This document shows, in pieces, positions 9,186 to 19,141 of a stretch of DNA of 64,000 nucleotides. The position numbers and the translations under genes were made by a program. The stretch's first letter is position 1, and the number at the start of each line of letters is the position of its first letter. The notes under the pieces were generated by a model that saw only the letters and a list, made by a program, of their open reading frames with translations, did not search any database and was not told where the DNA came from. This DNA is from an uncultured Bacteroidales bacterium (GTDB lineage: Bacteria; Bacteroidota; Bacteroidia; Bacteroidales; UBA4417), in contig CAIPFN010000211.1 in NCBI GenBank assembly GCA_903864265.1, forward strand, positions 6,837 to 70,836, in the 5' to 3' direction.

Positions 9186-10913
9186 TTAGGATAGGCCAAT
9201 AGTTTCACCTTCGGCGCTCGACCATTCATAACTGTAGAGGCCGTCGAGCAGTCGTTTCTGCTTTTCTTCGGGCGAAAGGATATTATATTTCTGTTTTTCC
9301 TCCTCAATTTTTTTGCGCTTTTCATCTTCGATGCGATGAATTTCGGACAGGTACGTATTTTCCATCCTCCTTTTCAGAAAGTCATGAGCCACTGAGGGAA
9401 AGAGTTCCAGCAGCAGTTCATCCTTTTCGTCCAAAGCCAGCTTCACATCTCCGTATTCCTGGAAAACCGGGTTTTCCTGTTTCTTGTAGAACCGCGTGTC
9501 GTAAGGCATCTCAACCCTGACTCCGGCAATCTTATACCTGAACTCCGGATCGACAGGTACAGGTGTGCGGCCGTAAACGCCTTTTACCAGGTTAACAAAC
9601 TGAATGGATTTGGTGGTATAGATCGGGAGTCCTTTGGATTCATCGATAGCGCAGTTTACAGCCTGAGCCCCTACAATCTGGCTGGTAGGCGTTACAAGTG
9701 GCGGGCAGCCCGAAGCCAACCGGACCAGCGGAATAAGTTCCATGGCACGGGGCAACAGGCTTTCGACCTTCAATTGCCTGAGTTGGGCCAGCATATTGGA
9801 ATACATTCCTCCGGGTACCTCGGCGGCCCGTATTTTATCGTCAGGTTCAGGAAACCCAAACCAGCTTTCAATGCGATGGCACACTTCGAGCAGATCATCT
9901 TCCTTATCGGCTTTGGCATAGGCTATAGCCATTTCAACCATCTGGTCGATATCGCGGGGCAGTTTATCGGTAAGTATGTTGAATTCGCGCGGGGCCTTGT
10001 ACCCGTCGAACTCTTTGAGTTCGCGCCTGATAGCCCTGAGTTCCTGATCCAGTTCTATAACGGCATCCACATTTACTCCGGTTTCAATATTCATACGGTC
10101 GCAGAACAGTTGTATGATTTCGAAAGGAGGAGCCGCGCTGCCACCAGCAAAACTCATTAAAGCGGTGTCCAGTATATCGATGCCATTCACTATGGCCATG
10201 AGTGCCGATGCCAGTCCATAACCGGGAGTACAATGGGTATGGAAATCAACCGGAACCGAAACATTCGATTTCACCATGCGCACCAGGCTGCCGGCTGCGG
10301 CTGGGGTAATGAGTCCCGACATGTCCTTAATGGTAATCATATCGGCTCCCATATCCTGCAAGGTGAGTGCTTTTTCAAGGAAATATTCTTTCGTGAATAT
10401 TTTGGAAGGCAATACTTTGGCATGTAAAAGCGCCTTTATTTTATCCTTTTTTGTAAACTTGGGGTCAACAGTATAAACCAGGGTGCAATCGGCAATACCT
10501 CCATTTGCTTTCACCGCTTTCACGGTCGAACGGATGTTGTCGAGATCGTTGAGCGCATCAAAAATCCGCATGATGGTAAGCCCCGAATCGATCGCATTTT
10601 TGATAAATCCGTTAATTACCTCGTCAGGGTAAGGGTTATATCCGAACAGGTTTCGCCCGCGCGACAAGGCCGTCAGCGGAATGTCATTCCCAACGGCTTT
10701 GCGTATACTCTGCAACCGGTACCAGGGATCTTCATTCAGGTAACGCATGATGGAATCGGGCACGGCGCCTCCCCAGACTTCCAAAGCGTAAAATCCTGCC
10801 ACTTTAAAGCCTGCCAGGGTGCGCTCGACCTGTTGTTGGTTCATGCGGGTAGCAAAGAGCGATTGTTGACCGTCGCGGAGAGTCACATCACGGATAAGAA
10901 GTCTTTTTTTCAT
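9186..10913 (-). CDS. Pyruvate/oxaloacetate carboxyltransferase (OadA / transcarboxylase 5S-like), no biotinyl domain
   Basis: 575 aa. The N-terminus IRDVTLRDGQQSLFATRM and the DFHTHCTPGYG metal-site context are typical of the HMGL-like carboxyltransferase fold. No AMKM biotin-attachment motif is present; the C-terminus is a K/E-rich tail. Confidence 0.85.
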   Translation of the reverse strand: MKKRLLIRDVTLRDGQQSLFATRMNQQQVERTLAGFKVAGFYALEVWGGAVPDSIMRYLNEDPWYRLQSIRKAVGNDIPLTALSRGRNLFGYNPYPDEVINGFIKNAIDSGLTIMRIFDALNDLDNIRSTVKAVKANGGIADCTLVYTVDPKFTKKDKIKALLHAKVLPSKIFTKEYFLEKALTLQDMGADMITIKDMSGLITPAAAGSLVRMVKSNVSVPVDFHTHCTPGYGLASALMAIVNGIDILDTALMSFAGGSAAPPFEIIQLFCDRMNIETGVNVDAVIELDQELRAIRRELKEFDGYKAPREFNILTDKLPRDIDQMVEMAIAYAKADKEDDLLEVCHRIESWFGFPEPDDKIRAAEVPGGMYSNMLAQLRQLKVESLLPRAMELIPLVRLASGCPPLVTPTSQIVGAQAVNCAIDESKGLPIYTTKSIQFVNLVKGVYGRTPVPVDPEFRYKIAGVRVEMPYDTRFYKKQENPVFQEYGDVKLALDEKDELLLELFPSVAHDFLKRRMENTYLSEIHRIEDEKRKKIEEEKQKYNILSPEEKQKRLLDGLYSYEWSSAEGETIGLS

Positions 10914-11187
10914 AATGGCAGGTATGTTTTTTATACACCAGGTACAGGATATCTGATATAACTATCTAATACACAATTTTTTAAACGATTTTATGTTATT
11001 CGATTAACAACAGGTATTGTTATTTCATTAACAGTGCAAAATTACAAATTAACACATTCGGCAAAACAAAATATTAAAATAAATATTTTACGGGAGCGGG
11101 GGTATAAAAAGAATTCGCGATTATCGCACTGCAGTTTGATTTTAAGTAAATTCGCCAACAAAATTTAACCCTTCAAAACAACGGATT

Positions 11188-12849
11188 ATGATAAAACATC
11201 TCTTCCCAATTATTTTATCGCTGGCCTTGCTGCTGGTGCTTACCGGCAGCTGCAAGCAAAAAACGACCGCCAAAAATCCGGCTAACGATACCACAGCCAT
11301 GAGCGAAATGCAGAAAAACGTGAATGCCTATGCAGTAGTGAAGCTAACCACCGACCTGAGCAAACTCAGCGCGAAGGAAAAGCAGATGATTCCTCTTTTG
11401 CTGGAGGTAGCCCAGATTATGGATGATATCTTCTGGCAACAGACCTGGGGCGACAAAAATGCCTTGCTCGACACTATCAGGGATCCGTATGCCAAACAGT
11501 TTGCTTCCATCAATTACGGTCCCTGGGACCGTCTTGGCGGAAACAAGGCTTTTATTGCCGGAATTGGTGAGAAACCCAAAGGGGCTAACTTCTACCCGGC
11601 CGATATGACGAAGGAAGAATTTGAAAAATGGAACGATAAAAATAAAACCAGCCTGTATACCATAGTGGTGCGCAATGCGGATAAAAGCCTCAAGAGTGTA
11701 TGGTATCATGAAGCCTATGCTGAAAAAGTAAAAAAGGCTGCGGATTTGCTGCTGCAGGCAGCCGGACTTGCCGAAGATGCCGGGCTGAAAAAATACCTTA
11801 CTTTACGGTCGAAAGCCCTGCTGACTGACGATTATTTCGAAAGCGATATGGCCTGGATGGACATGAAAACAAATACCATTGATTTTGTGGTAGGCCCCAT
11901 CGAAAATTACGAGGATGAACTGTTCGGGTACAAAGCCGCCCACGAATCGTCCTTACTGATAAAGGACAAGGAATGGAGTGCCAAACTCGCAAAGTATGCC
12001 GCTATGCTGCCGGCTCTCCAAAAGGAACTGCCCTGCGATCCTAAATACAAGAAGGAAGTACCCGGTACCGACTCGGACCTGAATGCCTATGACATACTGT
12101 ATTATGCCGGAAATTCCAACTGCGGCGGCAAAACCATTGCCATCAACCTGCCGAACGACGAGAAAGTACAGTTGGCCAAGGGCAGTCGCAGGCTGCAGCT
12201 GAAAAATGCTATGCAAGCTAAATTCGACAAGATATTGGTACCCATTTCGCAGGTCCTGATAGATCCGTCGCAGCGTAAGTACATAAAATTTGACGCTTTC
12301 TTCGGAAATGTGATGTTCCATGAAGTATCGCACGGCCTCGGCATTAAAAATACAGTAACGGGGAAAGGCGTGATCCGCAAAGCCCTTAAGGAGCAATATT
12401 CAGGATGGGAAGAAGCCAAAGCCGACATAGTCGGGCTGTGGATGGTAAGCTGGCTGATTGATAAAAAAGAACTTACCGGGATAACGGTGGAGGATGCCTA
12501 TGTAACCTTCATGGCAGGGCTTATCCGTTCAGTAAGGTTCGGTGCCGCCGAGGCCCACGGTAAGGCCAATATGATGTGCTTTAATTTCTTTGAGGATAAA
12601 AAAGCCTTCTCACGTAATGCCGACGGCACCTTCAAGGTGGATATGGAAAAAACCCGGCAGGCTATCAGCCAGTGGAGCGCTCTTATCCTGAGCGTGGAAG
12701 GCGAAGGCGATTACGACAAAGCGGTTAACTATATGAAGGAAAACGGGAAAGTCCGTCCTGAGCTGCAGGCCGGGCTGGAATTGCTGAAAACCGCCAATAT
12801 CCCGAAAGACGTGGTGTTCGATCAGGGAAAGGCCGCGCTCGGACTTTAA
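11188..12849 (+). CDS. Exported M49-like (dipeptidyl-peptidase III family) zinc metallopeptidase, atypical HEXXH form
   Basis: 553 aa with a lipoprotein signal (LLLVLTGSCKQ). Carries HEVSH (12319-12333) and EEAKAD (12409-12426), spaced as in the M49 HEXXGH...EEXR(K)AE(D) zinc site. Confidence 0.7.
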   Translation: MIKHLFPIILSLALLLVLTGSCKQKTTAKNPANDTTAMSEMQKNVNAYAVVKLTTDLSKLSAKEKQMIPLLLEVAQIMDDIFWQQTWGDKNALLDTIRDPYAKQFASINYGPWDRLGGNKAFIAGIGEKPKGANFYPADMTKEEFEKWNDKNKTSLYTIVVRNADKSLKSVWYHEAYAEKVKKAADLLLQAAGLAEDAGLKKYLTLRSKALLTDDYFESDMAWMDMKTNTIDFVVGPIENYEDELFGYKAAHESSLLIKDKEWSAKLAKYAAMLPALQKELPCDPKYKKEVPGTDSDLNAYDILYYAGNSNCGGKTIAINLPNDEKVQLAKGSRRLQLKNAMQAKFDKILVPISQVLIDPSQRKYIKFDAFFGNVMFHEVSHGLGIKNTVTGKGVIRKALKEQYSGWEEAKADIVGLWMVSWLIDKKELTGITVEDAYVTFMAGLIRSVRFGAAEAHGKANMMCFNFFEDKKAFSRNADGTFKVDMEKTRQAISQWSALILSVEGEGDYDKAVNYMKENGKVRPELQAGLELLKTANIPKDVVFDQGKAALGL

Positions 12850-12905
12850 CATCAGGATACACATCACGATATAGATTAAAGCATCTTTGTAATAATTAAG
12901 GTATG

Positions 12906-12940
12906 AAAACCCGGCCGGCGTAAAAGCCTGCCGGGTTTTT
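12906..12940 (+). terminator. Intrinsic terminator after the M49-like gene
   Basis: AAAACCCGGC (12906-12915) pairs with GCCGGGTTTT (12930-12939), with extra inner pairs and a trailing T-run. It lies 57 nt after the stop. Confidence 0.75.
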
Positions 12941-13189
12941 CTATTACGTATGATAAGTCCGGGCCTGTAGGCAGCTGTTGAGTATTTCACTTTTAGCCAA
13001 ACGGACACAGGGGGCCAGGATTTCCAACTTTTTGGACTCTATGCGAAAGAGCATACAAGGAAGCGTTGAATGCACCGGGCTTTTCCTTTTTTACAGAATT
13101 TATTTGGCAACTTACAGTATATTCAGGTCAGGTTGCAGAGGATTAGACGTTGAAACCCTGTTACATGAAAATATTAGAAAGTTTAACTC

Positions 13190-13197
13190 TACTTTTG
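13190..13197 (+). promoter_or_regulatory. -7 box TACTTTTG upstream of the S46 peptidase gene
   Basis: Exact TAnnTTTG match 31 nt upstream of ATG 13229. There is no clean TTTG at -33 (TTTA instead). Confidence 0.4.
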
Positions 13198-13228
13198 CTT
13201 CTTAAATAATCATATTAATTCCATTAAA

Positions 13229-15388
13229 ATGAAAAAAATCGTATTTGCCCTGTGTTTGCTTTCAGCGGTATTCGCCAAAGCAGCCAATACTCCCGACGAA
13301 GGCATGTGGCTCCCCATGTTTGTTGAAAGGCTAAATTACGTTGACATGCAGAAAATGGGTCTCCACCTGACTGCCGAAGAACTTTACAGCATCAACCATT
13401 CGAGTCTGAAAGACGCCATTGTCAGCCTGGGCGGAGGATTCTGCACGGCCGAAGTAGTTTCGCCCGAAGGTCTGCTTTTCACCAATCACCATTGCGGGTT
13501 CGATGCCATTCAAAACCACAGCTCGGTGAATCACGATTACCTGACCGATGGTTTCTGGGCTATGAACAAAAGCGAAGAACTTCCTAACGAGGGGCTTTTT
13601 GTATCCTTCCTGGTACGTATGGATGACATGACCTCCGAAGTGCTTGGCAGCGTAACAGCCGGTATGGACGAAACCGCACGCGCAGCTGCAATCACCAAAA
13701 AGATTGAACAGCTTAAAAAAGATGCTAACGAAAACGGGAAATATACCGTTGATATTAAAAGCTTCTTTAACGGAAATGAGTATTATATGTTTGTTTACCA
13801 GGAGTATAAAGATATTCGTCTGGTAGGAGCGCCTCCTTCATCCATTGGAAAATTCGGCGGAGATACCGACAACTGGATGTGGCCACGTCATACCGGTGAC
13901 TTCAGCATATTCCGTATTTATACCGCTCCCGACGGTTCACCTGCCGTGTACGCGAAAGAGAATGTGCCTTTGGTTTCGAAGAAATTCCTGCCGATATCCA
14001 TAAAAGGATACAAGAAAAATGATTTTGCCATGATATGGGGATATCCCGGTTCGACGGACCGGTATCGCAGTTCATGGGCCGTGGATGCCACCCTCAACGA
14101 TATTGATCCTGCATTTGTAAAGGTGATGGGCGTTGTTCTCGAAAATCAAAAAAAAGGAATGGATGCCGACAATGCCGTTCGCATTCAGTATGCAAGCACT
14201 TACGCCAGCTGGGCCAATACCTGGAAAAACAAACTGGGCGAAGCCCGTGACCTGAAACGCCTGAATGTGGTGCAGAAAAAGCAGGAAACGGAAGCCAAAC
14301 TGCAGCAATGGATTAATGCCGACGAACAGAGGAAAGCCAAATACGGTGATGTACTGAGCACCTATGCCGACATTTACAAGCAGTATAAAGATCAGAATCT
14401 CTATCAGCAGTTGTATTATACCCAGCTTTGTTTACGCGGATCGCAGGCCTTCTCCTTCCCCGGACAGGCCACAGCCATTGAAACAGCCCTGAAAACCGGC
14501 GCTAAAGGCGATGAGTTGAAAAAACAAATGGAAAAATACAAGGAATCGGCGAAAGACCATTTCAAGGATTATAACAACGCCATTGAACAGGATGTACTGG
14601 CCGGATTACTAACCCTCTTCCGCACCAATATTCCGTTGGCACAGCAACCCGCCATTTTCCAGGTCATTGAAAAGAAATACAAAGGCGACATCAATAAGTA
14701 TGTGGCCGAGATGTTTAAAAATTCCATCTTTTTCACCGAAGCCAAATTCAATGCATTTCTCGAAAAACCCAACCTGAAAAAACTCCAGAAGGACCAGGCT
14801 TTAGTGACCTACAATTCATTTATGGATTCTTTCAAAGGTCTGCAGGAAGCCAGCAAGACGCTTGCAGCCAGAAATAAAAAGGCCCAGCGCCTCTTTGTGG
14901 CAGCTCTCCGCGAAATGGATCCTGCCCGGAGTTTTTATCCTGATGCCAACAGTACCATGCGCCTCACCTACGGCAAGGTACTCGACTACTACCCTGCCGA
15001 TGCCGTTCATTATAACTATTACACCACCCTCGATGGCGTAATGATGAAAGAAGACCCGACCAACGAAGAATTTATCGTTCCAGCCAAGCTGAAAGAGCTG
15101 TACACTAAGAAAGATTACGGACGTTATGGCGAAGAAGGCAAACTGAATACCTGCTTCCTTACCGATAACGACATCACCGGGGGAAACTCAGGCAGCCCTG
15201 TAATTAACGGCGATGGCCAGCTGATGGGCATTGCATTCGACGGAAACTGGGAAGCCATGAGCGGAAACATCCTTTTTGAACCCGCATTGCAGAGAACCAT
15301 TAACGTAGATATACGCTATGTGCTTTTTGTAATTGATAAATACGCCGGAGCCACCAACCTGATCAAAGAACTTCAGATTGTGCAGTAA
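13229..15388 (+). CDS. S46-family dipeptidyl-peptidase (DPP7/DPP11 type)
   Basis: 719 aa with a signal peptide followed by DEGMWLP. Catalytic contexts are TNHHCG (His) and GGNSGSPV (Ser), with a long helical insert between them as in S46 enzymes. Confidence 0.92.
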   Translation: MKKIVFALCLLSAVFAKAANTPDEGMWLPMFVERLNYVDMQKMGLHLTAEELYSINHSSLKDAIVSLGGGFCTAEVVSPEGLLFTNHHCGFDAIQNHSSVNHDYLTDGFWAMNKSEELPNEGLFVSFLVRMDDMTSEVLGSVTAGMDETARAAAITKKIEQLKKDANENGKYTVDIKSFFNGNEYYMFVYQEYKDIRLVGAPPSSIGKFGGDTDNWMWPRHTGDFSIFRIYTAPDGSPAVYAKENVPLVSKKFLPISIKGYKKNDFAMIWGYPGSTDRYRSSWAVDATLNDIDPAFVKVMGVVLENQKKGMDADNAVRIQYASTYASWANTWKNKLGEARDLKRLNVVQKKQETEAKLQQWINADEQRKAKYGDVLSTYADIYKQYKDQNLYQQLYYTQLCLRGSQAFSFPGQATAIETALKTGAKGDELKKQMEKYKESAKDHFKDYNNAIEQDVLAGLLTLFRTNIPLAQQPAIFQVIEKKYKGDINKYVAEMFKNSIFFTEAKFNAFLEKPNLKKLQKDQALVTYNSFMDSFKGLQEASKTLAARNKKAQRLFVAALREMDPARSFYPDANSTMRLTYGKVLDYYPADAVHYNYYTTLDGVMMKEDPTNEEFIVPAKLKELYTKKDYGRYGEEGKLNTCFLTDNDITGGNSGSPVINGDGQLMGIAFDGNWEAMSGNILFEPALQRTINVDIRYVLFVIDKYAGATNLIKELQIVQ

Positions 15389-15410
15389 ACGGATGACTTG
15401 CTTTGTATGA

Positions 15411-15442
15411 AAAGAGGGCCCTGATAAAGGGCCTTTTTTTTT
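15411..15442 (+). terminator. Intrinsic terminator after the S46 gene
   Basis: GGGCCC / GGGCCT stem flanked by AAAGA and a 9-T run (15434-15442), about 25 nt after the TAA stop. Confidence 0.75.
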
Positions 15443-15559
15443 GCCTCTTCGTATATTTCAGCAAGCATTGCGGCACACATCCGAAAAGATTTTTTCAAAC
15501 TCATGTTTCATACTCTATCTTTGCAGGATAAAACCATCCAGCTTAACTATTTTTTTTCC

Positions 15560-15793
15560 ATGGCAGAACAAAAGAACAATCCATTGCACGGCATAAGCCT
15601 GGAAACGGTACTGGTACGTTTGGTCGACCATTTCGGCTGGTCGATACTGGGCAAAATCATACAGATAAACTGTTTTATCGAAAACCCCAGTATACAGTCG
15701 AGCCTGAAATTCCTGCGTAAAACGCCCTGGGCGCGTAAAAAAGTGGAAGATCTCTATCTTGAAATTCATGATATCACTAAAAATGACAAATAA
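15560..15793 (+). CDS. VF530/DUF2132-family small DNA-binding protein
   Basis: [33 protein letters not shown]...[21 protein letters not shown] matches the conserved core I recall for this family. I place the start at ATG 15560 (MAEQKNN). Confidence 0.8.
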   Translation: MAEQKNNPLHGISLETVLVRLVDHFGWSILGKIIQINCFIENPSIQSSLKFLRKTPWARKKVEDLYLEIHDITKNDK

Positions 15794-16051
15794 TATCCGG
15801 TAGGTGGATCAACCGGCCTGTATATTCATTTCAGCTTTTTACTGTGGCAGGATCGCTGATCAGCGCGCGGCCCGCATTCTCCGGAATAAGCTCAGCCTGT
15901 GCGGTGCCGGGCCTACTCTGGTGCAACATTCCTGTTCAGTCTTACCCGTTCTCTATATCATCACAAAGCCGTTCAGTCACCATAGAGCAGGCTTCTGAAT
16001 TTGCCGCATCAGGTTTATAATACCGTAGCCTTGGTGTTTTCACATAAAAAA

Positions 16052-16080
16052 ATCCCTCGTCATAAAAAATGACGAGGGAT
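16052..16080 (-). terminator. Intrinsic terminator after the 236-aa lipoprotein gene
   Basis: Perfect 12-bp stem ATCCCTCGTCAT / ATGACGAGGGAT with loop AAAAA. On the minus strand it is followed by TTTTTT(A). It lies 20 nt past the stop at 16100. Confidence 0.8.
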
Positions 16081-16099
16081 TCATAAAAGGCAGAAGCAA

Positions 16100-16810
16100 T
16101 TATTGGGCAATCAGCTTCGCGTTTTCTACAATGACTTCATAAAAATAGCCGGCTCCGAAATCTTTCTTAAGCGACACAGTGCCTTCGAATGTGACAACAT
16201 CACCCACCTTGGTCACATCCTTTGTGGTAATGGTCAGGTCGAACGAACCGGCTGCATTGGTACCATCCTGGATGTGAACCCAATTTGAGTTCATAATGTC
16301 AGCACTGTACTTTACTACTTCACCTTTGACTTTGACGGTTTTCCCGCCATAGGAAGCCTTGTTGGTAAAGAGTTCGGCAATAGTGATTCCTCCTTTTGCA
16401 GGTTCCACTTTAACTCCCTCTTTGGGAACAGCAGCCTGTTTGCCTTTCAATGAGTCGGCCAGGGTAATTTTGGCAGCGGTAATGGGCTGATCGCTGAATT
16501 TGTCAACAAATAGGATGGAAGGAAATGTCCGTTTGAGTTCCTTGCTTACAAAGTTGGTCATTTCAATTCCCGGCTCATAGTAATAGGATTTGCCCTTTTC
16601 CACTTCACGCCTGGAAATGGCTATCCAGTTTTCCTTTTCGGCTTCCGAAACCCGCATATAGGTATAATTGCTGGTTTGGATTACCTCCTCGGCAACCACT
16701 TTATGTACATTGGGAGCCAGGTTTTGGTCAGCTGCGCTTTTCGATTTGCACGAAGCCGTAAAAACAATAATACCGGCCAGAAGAATTAAAAAATTTAATT
16801 TCATTTTCAT
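16100..16810 (-). CDS. Hypothetical lipoprotein (C-terminal OB-fold-like beta domain)
   Basis: 236 aa with a lipobox (VFTASCKS). I do not recognise a family with certainty. It has its own promoter-like box and terminator. Confidence 0.7.
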   Translation of the reverse strand: MKMKLNFLILLAGIIVFTASCKSKSAADQNLAPNVHKVVAEEVIQTSNYTYMRVSEAEKENWIAISRREVEKGKSYYYEPGIEMTNFVSKELKRTFPSILFVDKFSDQPITAAKITLADSLKGKQAAVPKEGVKVEPAKGGITIAELFTNKASYGGKTVKVKGEVVKYSADIMNSNWVHIQDGTNAAGSFDLTITTKDVTKVGDVVTFEGTVSLKKDFGAGYFYEVIVENAKLIAQ

Positions 16811-16861
16811 GATTCAGGTTTTCTTTAACGTGATTGAGAGTGATCTTTTCCCTTCAGTCTG

Positions 16862-16869
16862 CAAAAGTA
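16862..16869 (-). promoter_or_regulatory. -7 box TACTTTTG upstream of the lipoprotein gene
   Basis: Exact TAnnTTTG on the minus strand, 52 nt upstream of ATG 16810. No clear -33 element. Confidence 0.35.
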
Positions 16870-17298
16870 TTCATATTTGTGAATATTTACATACTTCCCG
16901 TTAAAACATATTAAATGTTCCGTGAAGATTTTTCCTTTCAAAGTAACAAAATACCTGTTCAGGAACAAATCAGCAGAAGGCATCTGATAGAGTGGACGCG
17001 AAACGGTAATGCAAATTGTCAATGGCTGCCGATCGTAAACAATCTCCTTTCAGGAACCTGACAGCCGGCATTGGATAAACCAGCACGAAAGAATCCGTTC
17101 GAACCCGAAAAGGATATGAGAGTCCGGGCGTGAAGCGAGTATACTGCATGGGATAAGGCTGCACAAAAAATTACTTAAAAGCTTTGTACCAGGAGCATAT
17201 ACAGAAGGGAAACAGGATACTCTTACCCAAAACAATAATCCTTACGTAGAAGTACTTTTCAACGATACCTATTTTAAAGGAGAAAAAAGCACAGCATT

Positions 17299-18972
17299 TC
17301 AGGGTTTTTCACGATTCTGCTCATTTACCAGGTCATCAACCGATACTTTCCGGCTGATATGTCCCAGCAGGTGTTCTATTTCTTCAACCCTCAGCATATC
17401 CCTGACCCCGGCATGCGCTTCGGCAATTTTCAGAGAAATGCCCATGGCATTCAGATCGAGGTACAGTTTTTTGATGAGCCTGGCCCCGGCGCTGTCTACA
17501 TAGGGGGAGGTGCTCAGGTCCCATATCACTGTGCGCAGGGAACTTTGCTGTTCCAGTATCCTGGACCAGACTTTATTCCGTATATTTTCAACGTTGAAAT
17601 ACAAAACAGCAGCTTCGACCCTGAAAAGCAAAACCCCCGGTATGGTTTCGTTGTCGGGATGGCGGTTGAGGTCGGTATAGCGTTTTGTGCCCGGAATTCG
17701 TCCCAGGAAGGCCACATGCGGAACCGAAACCGCCCTGATCAGCAAAACAACCGATGCAAGAGCCGCTATAACCACACCTTTGAGTATTCCGAATACGATC
17801 ACCCCCGACAGGGCGATCATAGCCACGCTGAATTCCAGCCTGCTTACTTTCCACAAGCGCTTCAGTTCCCTGATATTTACCAGGCCGCTGATGGCAACCA
17901 GCAGCACTGCAGCCAGGATGACATTAGGCAGATTTTTAAGCATGCCGGTTAAAAACAGCAGGCATAAGGAAATGCCAACAGAGGCAAAAACCAGGGAAAG
18001 AGGGGATTTAGCACCGGCTTTCCCATTTACGGCTGATTGCGATAAGCCACCGCTGACCGGGTAACCCTGCCCGAAAGCGGTAGCTGCATTCGCGGCTGCC
18101 AGGGCCAGTAATTCCTGCCGCGGATCAATTTCGTATCCGTTTTGCTGTGCCAGTGTTTTTGCAGCCGAAACACTTTCGATATAGGCCAGCAGGAAGCAGG
18201 CGAATGATAATGGGATCACGCTATCGACATCGCTGATGCTGATACAGGGAATATGAAAATTCGGCAAACCGGGCGGTAAGTTACCAACCACGGATATTCC
18301 TTGATTTATTAAGGGGGTTGTTGATATGATGACGATGGAGGCAACGACAATGATGATAGCTACAGGACGGCCGGGGAAAACACTCTCGCCGGCTACCAGC
18401 AGGATGATTGCCGTTACGCCCATCACCAATACCACCAGGTTGGTATAGTGCAGATGCATCAGAAAGAAGCCGGCCCGCTGAAAAAAGCCTTCACCCCCGG
18501 CTTGTATGCCGAATAATTTTGGCAATTGCGTCATGGCAATGGTGATGGCAGCACCGGCTTTAAATCCAAGGAGTATAGATTCACTTATAAAGTTAATTAT
18601 GCTGTTGAGTTTCAGCAGCCAGGCCAGTATACTCATACCAGCAATAACAAGGGCGGTAAGCGAAGCCAGATCGGCCCAGCGCTGAACATCGCCATGGGCC
18701 ATTGTGGCTATGGAAGTCCCTATCAGCAGTGAGATGGCCGAGGTTGGGCCCACGGCCAGCTGCAGGCCCGTTCCGAATAAGGCATAAAACAACCCGCCGA
18801 TAAGGTAGCCGTAAATGCCATATTGAGGGGGCAATCCTGCCAGGGTAGCATACGCCAGCGATACCGGTATGGCATAAGCCGCCAGGGTGAGGCCCGAAAC
18901 AGCATCATTCCCAAGGTATTTTAAGGAATATCCTTTTATCCATTGTAAAGGAGGGAAGAGGTTTTTCCACAT
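17299..18972 (-). CDS. SulP-family anion (sulfate/bicarbonate) permease with C-terminal STAS domain
   Basis: 557 aa with a multi-TM core carrying the typical SulP N-terminus (DAVSGLTLAAYAIPVSLAYATLAGLPPQYGIY). The soluble C-terminal ~120 aa is STAS-like. Confidence 0.9.
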   Translation of the reverse strand: MWKNLFPPLQWIKGYSLKYLGNDAVSGLTLAAYAIPVSLAYATLAGLPPQYGIYGYLIGGLFYALFGTGLQLAVGPTSAISLLIGTSIATMAHGDVQRWADLASLTALVIAGMSILAWLLKLNSIINFISESILLGFKAGAAITIAMTQLPKLFGIQAGGEGFFQRAGFFLMHLHYTNLVVLVMGVTAIILLVAGESVFPGRPVAIIIVVASIVIISTTPLINQGISVVGNLPPGLPNFHIPCISISDVDSVIPLSFACFLLAYIESVSAAKTLAQQNGYEIDPRQELLALAAANAATAFGQGYPVSGGLSQSAVNGKAGAKSPLSLVFASVGISLCLLFLTGMLKNLPNVILAAVLLVAISGLVNIRELKRLWKVSRLEFSVAMIALSGVIVFGILKGVVIAALASVVLLIRAVSVPHVAFLGRIPGTKRYTDLNRHPDNETIPGVLLFRVEAAVLYFNVENIRNKVWSRILEQQSSLRTVIWDLSTSPYVDSAGARLIKKLYLDLNAMGISLKIAEAHAGVRDMLRVEEIEHLLGHISRKVSVDDLVNEQNREKP

Positions 18973-19141
18973 GGATCAACAGCTTGTAGGACGGGTTGTA
19001 CTTGAATGAGAGATTGTTTTTTGCCCGGAGCAATTACAGGGATCAAGCAGAAAGTAAGTTAGAGTGAAGGAGTGAGGCTGATTATGTCAGCGGGGAATCT
19101 GTACGTATATTCCGGACTGAGAAAATCATATCCGCTATCCC

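Noticed and set aside
17118-17130. GAGAGTCCGGGCG resembling the RNase P RNA CR-I motif (GGAAAGUCCGGGC) in a gene-free gap.
   Set aside because: The other universally conserved RNase P segments (e.g. ACAGAACCCGGCUUA) are absent on either strand. Too little sequence remains downstream to fit a 350-400-nt RNA.
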